A DNA stretch of 63,989 bases, the filler included, from Octopus bimaculoides (lineage: Eukaryota), in assembly GCF_001194135.2 (NCBI RefSeq). It is 6 parts of 4 records of this genome, joined end to end, with 100 filler letters (N's around TTAATTAATTAA, not from the genome) between each part and the next. Parts side by side here need not be neighbours in the genome. Positions count along the whole stretch, not along the records: positions 43,912 to 55,088 come from NC_068985.1; positions 55,189 to 58,450 come from NC_068981.1; positions 58,551 to 62,643 come from NC_068983.1; 3 more parts are not named here. One strand, written 5' to 3'. Of this stretch, positions 48,490 through 59,657 are shown one piece after another (the stretch's first letter is position 1; each line of letters begins with the position of its first letter). The notes under the pieces are model-generated. The model saw nothing but the letters and a program-made list of their open reading frames with translations. It was not told the DNA's origin and made no database searches. A program made the translations under genes and the position numbers.

Positions 48490-49692
48490 GGATGGATGTG
48501 TGCGTGTGAAAAGTCAACGGCGTTGGGGTGCATTAGGATTAAAGTTGTAGTTGAAAAATTGTTAGCTGATATGGAGGACTGGAAGCCATCCGAATATTGG
48601 AAAAGAGTTACCTGTACCATGACGATTCGCGTCGGGTATCTAAATGCCAACTTCCCAACTACTGCTCAATGCTCTCTAAATACTGCAAAGGCTAAAAGAC
48701 GTGACATGGACAACTACAACAGAGGCTACGAAGCCATGCCCAGCTGGAAGGGACACTGCAAACGTTCTAACTGCGTCCGCATGCAGGAATTCATCGAGCA
48801 AATGCAGAACAAAGTGATCGAGCAAGGGAATCCGGACTATGGCGAGATAGACGTGTTGAAGTCGCCACTATAGAGCTGGACTTGAATGAGGATCTTCACT
48901 GCCACTCACACAAGAGGCACAAGGGAGAAACTCTACAGCCAAGGCCAAGGAAAATCGCTTCACGAAAGCAAAGAAGCTCTTGAACAAGCCGGGGCATACT
49001 GTTGAGTCGGAGATCATCTGTTTTTTCTCATATGAACAGAACTTCTGCTAATACCAGTTGCACAACACCTAGAACAACAAGTAGCTTGCCTACAGTCCCA
49101 CAAATCATAAAAACCAAGTTCCTCCAAGCTATGATTTTCATTGGGTATGTCTCCATTGGGAGTAACCTCATGCCGCCCCGTATCTTTGAACAGGGCCTTA
49201 GGCTCAATTCAATCAAGCTGCTGGAGACTGTGATCAATCCCTTGCTAGAGACGATTGCTGCTGGAAAAACATATGTGTGGCAGCAGGATTCGGATACTTG
49301 TAATAATTTCGGAAAAACTCAGAAGTGCCTGTCAGAAAATTTTCACCACTTCACTGCCCCCAATTTCTGGCCGAATTCTTTAAATTGTAATCCCATAGAG
49401 AATTATGTGTTGGGTGCAGTTGAGAAAGACACTAACCGCTCTGCCTGCAACAACAATGCTGAACTGGTGGCCAAGATCAAGGAAGTGGACACAGTGAGGA
49501 ATGCGTGCGCCAGATTCCGGAGCCGGTATAAGGCCGTAGCCGAAGCTGAGCGAGGCTACTTTGAGAAAACTATTATCTCCCAGTCATAATGTTGTCGATG
49601 TCATTTGATTTCTTAAAATACTTTTACGTTTGGGTGAGATATTGCGTTTTCCTGTTTATCCAAAATATCCAGTTTAACTCGAATGCTCTGTA
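48490..49692 (+). mobile_element. Degenerate Tc1/mariner transposase (maT/DD37D-like), left end lost
   Basis: MEDWKPSEYWKR...; FFS.(D)E.NFC; MPPRIFEQGLRLNS; YVWQQDS; FWP.NS.NCNPIENYVLGAVEK; RNACARFRSR..AV.EA.RGYFE; element appears to end ...aactcgaatgctctgta. Confidence 0.85.
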
Positions 49693-49927
49693 CATGTTTA
49701 ATAATAACCGGCAGAAGTTGTAGAATGACATAAAGACCGAGAGTTTTGTGAGCTGGCATTTAATAATGAACGAAACTCTCGTACGTTGCTAAGTATCTTA
49801 TGTCACTCGATAACTTCTGCCGATTATTAACAAGTACATACATACATACATGTGTGTATGTATGTATGTATGTATGTATGTATGTATGTATGTATGTATG
49901 TATGTATGTATGTATGTATGTATGTAT

Positions 49928-50090
49928 GTGGAGGCGCAATGGCCCAGTGGTTAGGGCAGCGGACTCGCTGTCATAGGATCGCGGTTTCGATTCCCAGACC
50001 GGGCGTTGTGAGTGTTTATTGAGCGAAAACACCTAAAGCTCCACGAGGCTCCGGCAGGGGGTGGTGGCGAACCCTGCTGTACTCTTTCAC
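49928..50090 (+). mobile_element. SINE family C (truncated by gap)
   Basis: gtggaggcgcaatggcccagtggttagggcagcggactcg...ggtttcgattccc. Confidence 0.85.
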
Positions 50091-50804
50091 NNNNNNNNNN
50101 NNNNNNNNNNNNNNNNNNNNNNNNNNNNNNNNNNNNNNNNNNNNNNNNNNNNNNNNNNNNNNNNNNNNNNNNNNNNNNNNNNNNNNNNNNNNNNNNNNNN
50201 NNNNNNNNNNNNNNNNNNNNNNNNNNNNNNNNNNNNNNNNNNNNNNNNNNNNNNNNNNNNNNNNNNNNNNNNNNNNNNNNNNNNNNNNNNNNNNNNNNNN
50301 NNNNNNNNNNNNNNNNNNNNNNNNNNNNNNNNNNNNNNNNNNNNNNNNNNNNNNNNNNNNNNNNNNNNNNNNNNNNNNNNNNNNNNNNNNNNNNNNNNNN
50401 NNNNNNNNNNNNNNNNNNNNNNNNNNNNNNNNNNNNNNNNNNNNNNNNNNNNNNNNNNNNNNNNNNNNNNNNNNNNNNNNNNNNNNNNNNNNNNNNNNNN
50501 NNNNNNNNNNNNNNNNNNNNNNNNNNNNNNNNNNNNNNNNNNNNNNNNNNNNNNNNNNNNNNNNNNNNNNNNNNNNNNNNNNNNNNNNNNNNNNNNNNNN
50601 NNNNNNNNNNNNNNNNNNNNNNNNNNNNNNNNNNNAATTTTTTCAGTAGCTTAAACAAATAGAGGGAGCAACTACTGGAAAGTCGTCGGTAAAATCTTAA
50701 TCGTCCGAGAAACGATAAGATGCCAGATTAGTTTTGTACGAAAGCCAGTAAGTAACATGAGTCATTGATATCCATTATATATTAATAATCCGCAATAAAC
50801 CCTG

Positions 50805-50969
50805 TGTTATGTCTCAAGCTACTGCTATCTAGCACCTTCGGATGATCTCTACTCAACCGCTACACAACTGCTACTCGACTGCTACTCAACACTCCTACCA
50901 CGGCCAGACTACCTCTATTTATATGTCTTGGGAGATCCTACTTCTTCGCCTATAGGCGTCGACACAACA
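50805..50969 (-). mobile_element. Solo LTR (165 bp) with a 5-bp TSD
   Basis: TGTT...AACA inverted termini; ccctg at 50800-50804 and 50970-50974; TATAAATA on the minus strand near 50900 (orientation inferred from this). Confidence 0.7.
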
Positions 50970-51387
50970 CCCTGGATGAATGTTATGTAAAGTAAGTAAC
51001 TTTAAAAAAGCAATGGTTCCTTCCCATAAGACAACGATAAAAAGAGAAAAGAAGGGTATCCGCAATATTTGGTATAGGTAAAGGGGTATTTTAGCATCTA
51101 AAGCAATAGCAATTATATTGTCTCAACTCACATATGCTAATAATGACACCGTGATGGCTCTATCACATAATATTCTAAAGTAATAGGTGTTCATGATTAA
51201 TAGTGTATAGCAAAATGTAATAGTGTTTAGCTATATGGACAATAAAGAAAGAAATTCAAGATCTTTCGCGACAAGAAAGGGGCTCTCTACTGAGTCGCTT
51301 GACTTGTAAGGTGTAGCAATCGGTACTAGCATCTTTAAAACGAAAAGTGGGTGGTGAAGACACGTAAAGTAATATAGTCTGAGATAA

Positions 51388-51657
51388 ATAAATAAAAAAT
51401 AATAAATGCGCCCTTTTAAAGCCTAGCCAGGCTCGTGGACCCGGTTTCCCGGTTTCAATGGCGTATGTGTTCTCCAGTTGGACGGGATGCCAGTCCATCG
51501 CAGCGTTACTCATTTTTGCCAGCTGAGTGGACTGGAGCAACGTGAAATGAAGTGTTTTGTTCAAGAACACAACGCGTCGTCTGGTCCAGGAATCGAAACC
51601 ACAATCTTACGATCATGATGCTGACACCCTAACCACTAAGCCACACGCCTCCACAGG
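51388..51657 (-). mobile_element. SINE family B with a 9-bp TSD
   Basis: ctgagataa at 51379-51387 and 51658-51666. Confidence 0.85.
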
Positions 51658-52832
51658 CTGAGATAAGCCATATATGAAAAAAAAATGATCACGGTTTGGA
51701 ATGCCTTTTATCATAAGCCTATTCGATCAGGTTTAACCTAAAGCTAAGTGACTGAAAATCTCATCCACAAAATCTGGAAGGGTAATTTGATAATGAGGAA
51801 GATAGACAACTCTAAACGAGATATAAAATAGATTTCTAGTCGAATCTGGGCAATGTCTGCCAAAAGCTGAAAGGAATTAAGTTCTGTTTGCTTCAATGAA
51901 ACAATGAAAGCCTACGGCATAAAGATATTGTAGGTGCACCACCACAGACTCAAACTCTTCTCTCCATTTCAGGTTTTCCACCATCAATTTCAATGTTACC
52001 CATTTACCCTCTTTGTGGTCTGTCTATGTCTGCAGAATTACGTGTGAGCATTTATTTGTTACTTCGTCGCTCTTTGCATCTTTATGTGATATAAATTTGG
52101 CATGAGTAAATGCAACCGGCCTGGATTGAATTGTTAACAACAGATCTTCATCTAAACCTACAGAATGCAACCGTCCGTCCTTTACCTGCTAGTCCCTGAG
52201 CCATTCTAGGTATTTTCTTTTCTACAAGATTCACCCACCCCTTCTGTTATTCCATCTCTAGCGTGTTCTCTTTTTCCTGTATATCAGCAGCCTGCGAAAC
52301 TTAACCTGAACTGTTCGCATTAATCACAAAAGCTGTCGAACAGCGTAGCAAAGCTCTCACAGAATCCCAAGGACTTCCTTTCCGTTTCATTTCATTTCAC
52401 TAACAAAAATAGATTTTGGTGTTCTCAAAGAAGAACATAAACTTCAGATAGATACTTCAGTAAGACTGGGGGCGGAGTTTCCTCATAAATTTCTTAAACA
52501 GATTAAAAATATTCTCACGGGGTGACTGACTTCATTTTAAAAAAATGGAAGATTCCTCTATTGTAAATTATAAATTCAAAAGGTCCATCCGAAAGGTATT
52601 GGCTTTGGGTCAGTGGCCCAAAGTTTATATCAACCATATTAAGGAATTAAAAGACTCGCCCCTTTCTCACGGCACTTACTGACTACCAAAATAGCGCAGT
52701 TTCCTGCTTCAAAGTATTCAGTAGTTTCTCGCATAGTCTCCAGCTTTGTGGAATTTCCTGGCTGTTGAGCATAGTTTATTTCACAACCAATTTACTCTCT
52801 GTCTGTTTGTCTGTCTATCTGTCTCCCTCTCG

Positions 52833-52866
<34 letters not shown>

Positions 52867-53122
52867 ATCTCTCTCATACATACACACACACACACATACA
52901 TACATACATACATACATATATACGTACGTGTGTGTTCATCTAAGCACACACAGAAGCAAGAATGTATACATGTACTCACACACACATACACACATGCGCA
53001 CGCACACGCGCGCACACACACACTCAAACATACACACATATATGTATATGTGTATACGCGTGTGTTTTATCTCGTTCTATTTCTGTCTGTCTATTTCTTT
53101 CTTACACTCTCTGTCATTATTT

Positions 53123-53540
53123 TTATTAGCACGCCGAGCAAAATGCTTAGCGGCAATTCGTCCGTCTTTATGTTCTGAATTCAAATTCCGCCGAGGTTGA
53201 CTTTGTTTTTCATCCTTTCGGAGTTGATAAGTTAAGTACAAGTTACGCACTGGGCTCGATATAATCGACTTAATCCCTTTGCCTGCCCTTGTTTGCCCCC
53301 TCTGTGTGTAGCTCCTTGTGGGCAGTAAAGAAATAAGAAACGTTAGCACGCCGGGCGAAATGCTTAGTGGTATTTCGTCTGTCTTTACGTTCTGAGTTCA
53401 AATTCCGCCGAGGCCGACTGTGTCTTTCATCCTTTCGGAGTCGATAAATTAAGTAGCCGTTGCGTACTGGGGTCAATCTAATCGACTGGCCCCTCACCAA
53501 AAATGTCGGTTCTTGTGCCTAGAGTAGGAAAGAATATTAT
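53123..53540 (+). mobile_element. Tandem SINE-A dimer: first copy with Tx1-type tail, second with the alternative tail
   Basis: ...ttgtgggcagtaaagaaata|agaaacgttagcacgccggg...; second copy ends ttgtgcctagagtaggaaagaatattatt. Confidence 0.8.
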
Positions 53541-53759
53541 TGACTATTCCACTTCCTCTAATACTGCTGACCTCACGCCTAAATTATATACAATGCCTAT
53601 AGCTGAATGGATGAATATTATATGAGTGGTAGGTTGGAAAAGTCATTATACTGTCGCTAGAATATTTTGCAGCATTTTGTCTGCCGCTTTACATTCTGAG
53701 TTCAAATCACGTAGAGAATAACTTTGCCTTTCATCCTGTCTTGGCCAATGACACAAATT

Positions 53760-54006
53760 AGCCATCTTTAGGGTGTCAGCATCATGATTGTAAGATTGTG
53801 GTTTCGATTCCTGGACCGGGCGACGCGTTGTATCCTTGAGCAAAACACTTCATTTTACGTTGCTCCAATCCACTTAGCTGGCAAAAATGAGTAACGCTGC
53901 GATGGACTGGCGTCTCGTCCAGCTGGGGAACACATAAGCCATTGAAACAGGGAAATCGGGCCCATGAGCCTGGCTAGGCTTTAAAAGGCGCATTTATTTA
54001 TTTTAT
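53760..54006 (+). mobile_element. SINE family B
   Basis: Closely similar, in inverted orientation, to 51388-51657. Confidence 0.8.
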
Positions 54007-54776
54007 TGCTAGTATAATTATATCAAATATCAGAAAACACGCACATTAACACACACACATACAGACACATTATAACTAAAATGCTGATTATTTCAATACT
54101 CGGAACTACACGCCACCAATCATTCAGTTACAGCGTATAAAAGAATATCTATACTTATACATTAAATTCTGAAATTTGTTACTTGTCGATGAATCAACAG
54201 ATATTTGTACACATACACACACACATGTGTATATATGTATATATTTTATATATAAATTGGGGATGTAGAATCGGGTAACAGAGTACACACTTGTGATAGA
54301 GGTTATTCGTTTTAAACTGGTGGCATTTTCCGTTGCTTGTAAGAGTGTCTCCATTGTATATATGTTTATATGTATGTGCAGGTATAGTTGCATGTATGCG
54401 TGTGTATACATTAGTTTATACTTGTATCTGCGCGTGTATGCAGTGTTTATTAACATTAATTATTGTCCTTAATACAGTATATTTCTGTTACCAAATAACT
54501 GATTTATTACAGAACCCTTATGTGAAGCTAACAGTTAGTAACATTAGTAACTTAATCAGCCCACCTGTTAGTAGTATACTGTATTAAAGATAAAGCAACT
54601 TGTTCTTTTGTCGGTTGAAAAACTGTTCCGCATCAGAAGAGCACAATGAGTTCCGTTCAATTTCCCATACATGTGAAGTTACGTGAGAAATGTCACACAA
54701 AACTATTTACTATCACTGTAAATGACAATGATAAAATATTATCATCGTCATTGTCGTCGTAATCATTATCAACATG

Positions 54777-54822
<46 letters not shown>

Positions 54823-55211
54823 ATATAATTCCAGTCACTACTGCCTCCACGCTGCCGCCACCACCACCAAGCTGGTAAAACCTTTAGAACGTCGGCTAAA
54901 AAAATGGCCTGCCATATTTGTTTTTACTCTTTCCGTTCTAACATCAAATCCCGCAGAGTTTGTCCTCCTAGAATTGATAAAATGAAATGTTTACCAAGTA
55001 TGTGCTCAAGTGCTATGGATTTAACGTCTTCCCCTTAAAACTGCTGGACTTTTGCCTAAATAAAAAATTATTATTATTATTATTATTANNNNNNNNNNNN
55101 NNNNNNNNNNNNNNNNNNNNNNNNNNNNNNNNTTAATTAATTAANNNNNNNNNNNNNNNNNNNNNNNNNNNNNNNNNNNNNNNNNNNNATATATATATAT
55201 ATATATATATA

Positions 55212-55607
55212 AAGTAGTTGTATGCTGTCAACTTAACGTGACAGTCCTAATAAGGGAATCATACTACTGCTATTTAGACCTAGGAAGCTGCACCGCTTCC
55301 TGCCTGGAGTAGCATGACTTGCTGGCTGAAGATGCCTGTCTAGCTCTCGTAAACATATAGTAATTCTAGTGAAACACATTCAGCCAGCAAGTCATGCTAC
55401 TCCAGGCTGATGACGAGCAAAAACTCAGAAACATGTTCCTGGATGCAGGCTTGGCTGGGTGGAGGTGCTTGTCTCCCCCTCGTAAACATACAGACACAGG
55501 AAATGTGTCAGGCTGACAGGAAGTGGTGCAGCTTCCTAAGGCTAAATAGCAGTAGTATGGTTCCCTTATTGGGATTGTCACGTTAAGTTGACAGCATACA
55601 ACTACTT
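55212..55607. mobile_element. MITE with long TIRs and TA TSD (Tc1/mariner-type)
   Basis: About 91-bp TIRs (55212-55302 / 55517-55607, a few mismatches), plus an inner perfect 28-bp IR (55303-55330 / 55379-55406); TA on both sides. Confidence 0.85.
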
Positions 55608-56354
55608 TATCGTATCACTACTGCTTAAGTCTCTCTGAGAGATATAGAAATGTATCATTTCTAATTTTGTAATCAGTGAATGTGGTTGCCATTTCTAGCA
55701 TATTAGCTGACCATTTAGAGACTTTATATTAGCTTGTAGGGAAGCTGAGAATGTCTGTTCTTGTAGTGAACCAGTGTCAGTTCTTGTGATTTGTGTTCTT
55801 ATAATTAAATAAAGCCTAATCTGCTTCAAGCCCACAGGCTCATGATGCTAGAGCTTATGTGAGCTTTCAAGACATTTAGGTTGAAAGTAGAAGTCCCCCT
55901 TAATTACAATGTCAGCCCTTTGCAGATTTAGCACTCTCCACCAGTGCCATTAGTACTCATTTTCAGCCGAGTATACTGGAGCTATGTGGAAGGCAGTGCT
56001 TTGCTCAAGGACACAATTATCCACCTGGTTTGAGAGCTGAACATATAACTTACCAATCAAGAGCCTAACAACCACAAAGCCATACACGTTCACACTTGTA
56101 ATTAGTTCTTCTAAACCAATACCTGTCTGATGGGATTTGAACTCAAAACACAAACACAAGACATTCGGTCCAAGGTCCTTATGGTTCCCACCAATCCATC
56201 ATTGTAGATTGGTACTTTTTTGTCAATCCTGAAAGGATAAAAAGTAAAGGCAACTTCAGAATGGTTTGAACTCAGTGCTAAGAATCAAAACAAAGATCAC
56301 AAAGACATTCTATTTGATGTTCTAATGTCTCTGCCAAATCACTATTTATATAAA

Positions 56355-56740
56355 TCATGACTGTGTGGTAAGAAGTTTGCTTCCCAACCACATGGTTCCA
56401 AGTTCAATCCCACTGTATGGCACCTTGGGCAAGTGTCCCTTACTATATAGCTTCAGGCCAGCCAAAGCCCTGTGAGTGAATTTGGTAGATTGGTAGATGG
56501 AAGCTGAAAGAAGCCCATGGTTTGTGTGTGTGTGTGCGTTTGTCTCCCACCACTGCTTCATAACCAGTACTGGTGTGTTTATGTCCCTGTAATTTAGCAG
56601 TTCAGCAAAAATAGACTGATAGAATAAGTACCAGGATTCAAAAAAGTTAGTATTGGGGTCAGTTAATTTGAATAAAAAATTCTCCAAGGCGGTGCCCCAG
56701 CATGGCTGAAGTCTAATGATTGAAACAAGATATAAAAAAA
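56355..56740 (+). mobile_element. SINE family D, full length with short internal (TG)n
   Basis: Head gtggtaagaagtttgcttcccaaccacatggttccaagttcaatccc; tail ggcggtgccccagcatggc...tgattgaaac. Confidence 0.75.
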
Positions 56741-56754
56741 AATGCATAATCCTT

Positions 56755-57290
56755 TCTACTATTGGCACAGGAATTGAAATTTGGGGGAAGCAGGCTCCTA
56801 GTCAATTACACTGACCCCCAGTTCATCACTGATACTTAATTTATTGACCCCAAAAGGTTGAACGTGGAGGCACATGGCCTAGTAGTTAGAGCAGTGGACT
56901 CACGGTAGAGGGATCGTGGGTTCGAATCTCAGACCTGGCAATGAGTGTGTTTATGAGCGAAACACCTTAGCTCCACATGGCTCAGGCAGAAGGTAATGAC
57001 GAAATTCTGCTGACTCTTTCGTCACAACCTTCTCTCATTCTTTCCTCCTGCTTCTAGCAGCTCACCTGCGACAGACCAGCATCCCGTCCAGGTGGGGAAC
57101 CTATGTGCTGATGAAACCTGGAAACTGGCCCTTATGAGCCAGGCATGGCTCGTCGAGAAGGAACAAACAACAAAAGGTTGAACAGCACAGTTAACCTTGG
57201 CAGAATTTGAACTCAGAACATAAGAGCAGATGAAATACCACAAAGCATTTTGCTCAGCATGCTAATGATTCTGCTAGTTTGCCACCTTAA
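56755..57290 (-). mobile_element. SINE family A split by a nested SINE
   Basis: 3' half 56755-56863, 5' half 57184-57290. Confidence 0.7.
56864..57170 (+). mobile_element. Nested SINE (C-type head, B-type 3' body) with a 13-bp TSD
   Basis: caaaaggttgaac at 56851-56863 and 57171-57183. Confidence 0.85.
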
Positions 57291-57363
57291 TTCCTAATAT
57301 AATAAAAGATGCAGCATTTACACTTGAGATACTTTTGTCACAGAGGTCTTCTCAAGAAGGGCT

Positions 57364-57750
57364 GTTGTTGTTGGCACTCCGTCACTTACGATGTTGAGGG
57401 TTCCAGTTGATCCAATCAACAGAACAGCCTGCTCTTGAAATTAACGTGCAAGTGGCTGAGCACTCCACAGACATGTGTACCCTTAACGTAGTTCTCGGGA
57501 ATATTCAGCATGACACAGTGTGACAAGGCTGACCCTTTGAATTACAGGCACAACAGAAACAGGAAGTAAGAGTGAGAGAAAGTTGTGGTGAAAGAGTACA
57601 GCTGGGTTTGCCACTATCCCCTGCCGGAGCCTCATGGAGCTTTAGGTGTTTTCGCTCAATAAACACTCACAACGCCTGGTCTGGGAATCGAAACTGCGAT
57701 CCTATAACCACGAGTCCGCTGCCCTAACCACTGGGCCATTGTGCCGCCAC
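57364..57750 (-). mobile_element. SINE family C, full length
   Basis: Reverse complement of 58063-58450. Confidence 0.9.
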
Positions 57751-58062
57751 TCAAGAAGGCTAAATCACAACTAAAGAAGACTATGTACACTTGCTTCCCT
57801 AACTAGGAATAATAGCCAAAGCTTTCTCAAATCATATTTACTATCTTTAAAAAAAGGAAAGATTTGTTAGATGAATAGATGGTTGAAACACTATGATCAT
57901 AAGTCTGCTCAATCAGGAATTGTCTGGGGTTAAAACACAACTAAAAATATTTTGAGCCAACGATAATATTTCTATGTCAGTATGTTTGATGTGAATTACA
58001 GAGAAGAAAGAAGAAACAGAAGCAAAGCTCAAAGTAAATAAAACAGGTATAATTGAAAGAAG

Positions 58063-58450
58063 GTGGAGGTGCAATGGCCCAATGGTTAGGGCAGTGGACT
58101 CGTGGTCATAGGATCACGGTTTCGATTCCCATACCGGGCGTTGTGAGTGTTTATTGAACGAAAACACCTAAAGCTCCACGAGGCTCCGGCAGGGGATGGT
58201 GGAGAACCCTGCTGTACTCTTTCACCACAACTTTCTCTCACTCTTACTTCCTGTTTCTGTTGTGCCTGTAATTCAAAGGGTCAGCCTTGTCACACTGTGT
58301 CACGCTGAATATCCCCGAGAACTACGTTAAGGGTACATTTGTCTGTGGAGTGCTCAGCCACTTGCACGTTAATTTCACGAGCAGGCTGTTCCGTTGATCG
58401 GATCAACTGGAACCCTCGACGTCGTAAGCGATGGAGTGCCAACAACAACA
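58063..58450 (+). mobile_element. SINE family C, full length with (CAA)n tail
   Basis: tRNA-like head, body ...gggtcagccttgtcacactgtgtcacgctg..., tail ggagtgccaacaacaaca. Confidence 0.9.
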
Positions 58451-58585
58451 NNNNNNNNNNNNNNNNNNNNNNNNNNNNNNNNNNNNNNNNNNNNTTAATT
58501 AATTAANNNNNNNNNNNNNNNNNNNNNNNNNNNNNNNNNNNNNNNNNNNNCATCTATTTATCTATCTATCTATCTATCTATCTAC

Positions 58586-58644
<59 letters not shown>

Positions 58645-58645
58645 G

Positions 58646-59125
58646 GCCAATGAGATACTTTGCATCTCCCCAAACATGGCTTTCTGTGCAGATCACTGGT
58701 TCCTTAACTTCTTAGGCCTTCGAGAAGACGCTTGAAGCCATTCGGTGGACTAAACCTTTGTTTCCGAATCAAAGATACGATTATGTTTCATTATCTGCAC
58801 CGCTAACCGCTTCCAGTAGATTAGAGGAGACTTGCGCGTTGCTCTTCTTCAAACCAGTTATCAGTTCCCGTACTATTCCGTTTCGCAATGTCTATGATAT
58901 CCATCCCCGTGAATCAGTTTGTCCACTCTTTGGCAATTCGTGTCAGTGGTTGCAGCTGATTGTCTCCCACTCCGTGGTTTGCTTCAGTGCTAGCTTCACG
59001 TTTTGAAACTTCATCCATTTGTGTACATTGCTTTTGTCACTGGTGTATTTTTATCTTTTCTGTAAACAATGTATAGCCTCCTGTAAATGTCGGACAGACT
59101 GCACCTCTCTTCATCAAGACATCAA
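58646..59125 (-). mobile_element. Degenerate mariner (DD34D-type) transposase fragment
   Basis: SLSDIYRRLYIVY; DKSNVHKWMKF; DSETKV*STEWLQASSRRPKKLRNQ*SAQKAM, matching the PETK..S.EW...PKK...SA.KVM motif. Confidence 0.7.
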
Positions 59126-59570
59126 ATGAGAAAATGTTACATAGGAGGTACTAGTCTACTAGTACGTGCAATTTTAACGATCTTAGTCATTTAACTCTTT
59201 TTTTTCTTACTAGCAACAGCAGAGAACATTGAATTCAGCCAACCATTAAAACAGCAACATAATCATACTTTATACACGAAGAAGATATTATTTGAAGTTA
59301 TATACACCCTTTTCCACTACCTTCACGCTCAAGATCGGACTAATCTGTGTGGATAGACCAAACCACACACATATAAAACTGTATGCACACTTACATGCAT
59401 ATAAAATTTTAATATGTCTTTATTGAGGAAGATTTTGTGCAAGAGATGAAGTTCTCTTTTCATGTATTGCGCAATTATCTGAAACAAATGAATTTAATGC
59501 ATTGAAAAATTTGGTTTGACTCACACACACACACGCACACACACACACACGCACACACACACTTACATAC

Positions 59571-59657
<87 letters not shown>

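Noticed and set aside
50819-50991. Apparent plus-strand exon ending at a GTAAGT donor
   Set aside because: The open frame stops just before the donor and the segment coincides with the solo LTR.
52150-52400. Possible L1/Tx1 RT relic on the minus strand (WVNLVEKKIPRM..GKGR)
   Set aside because: Too degenerate to support by eye.
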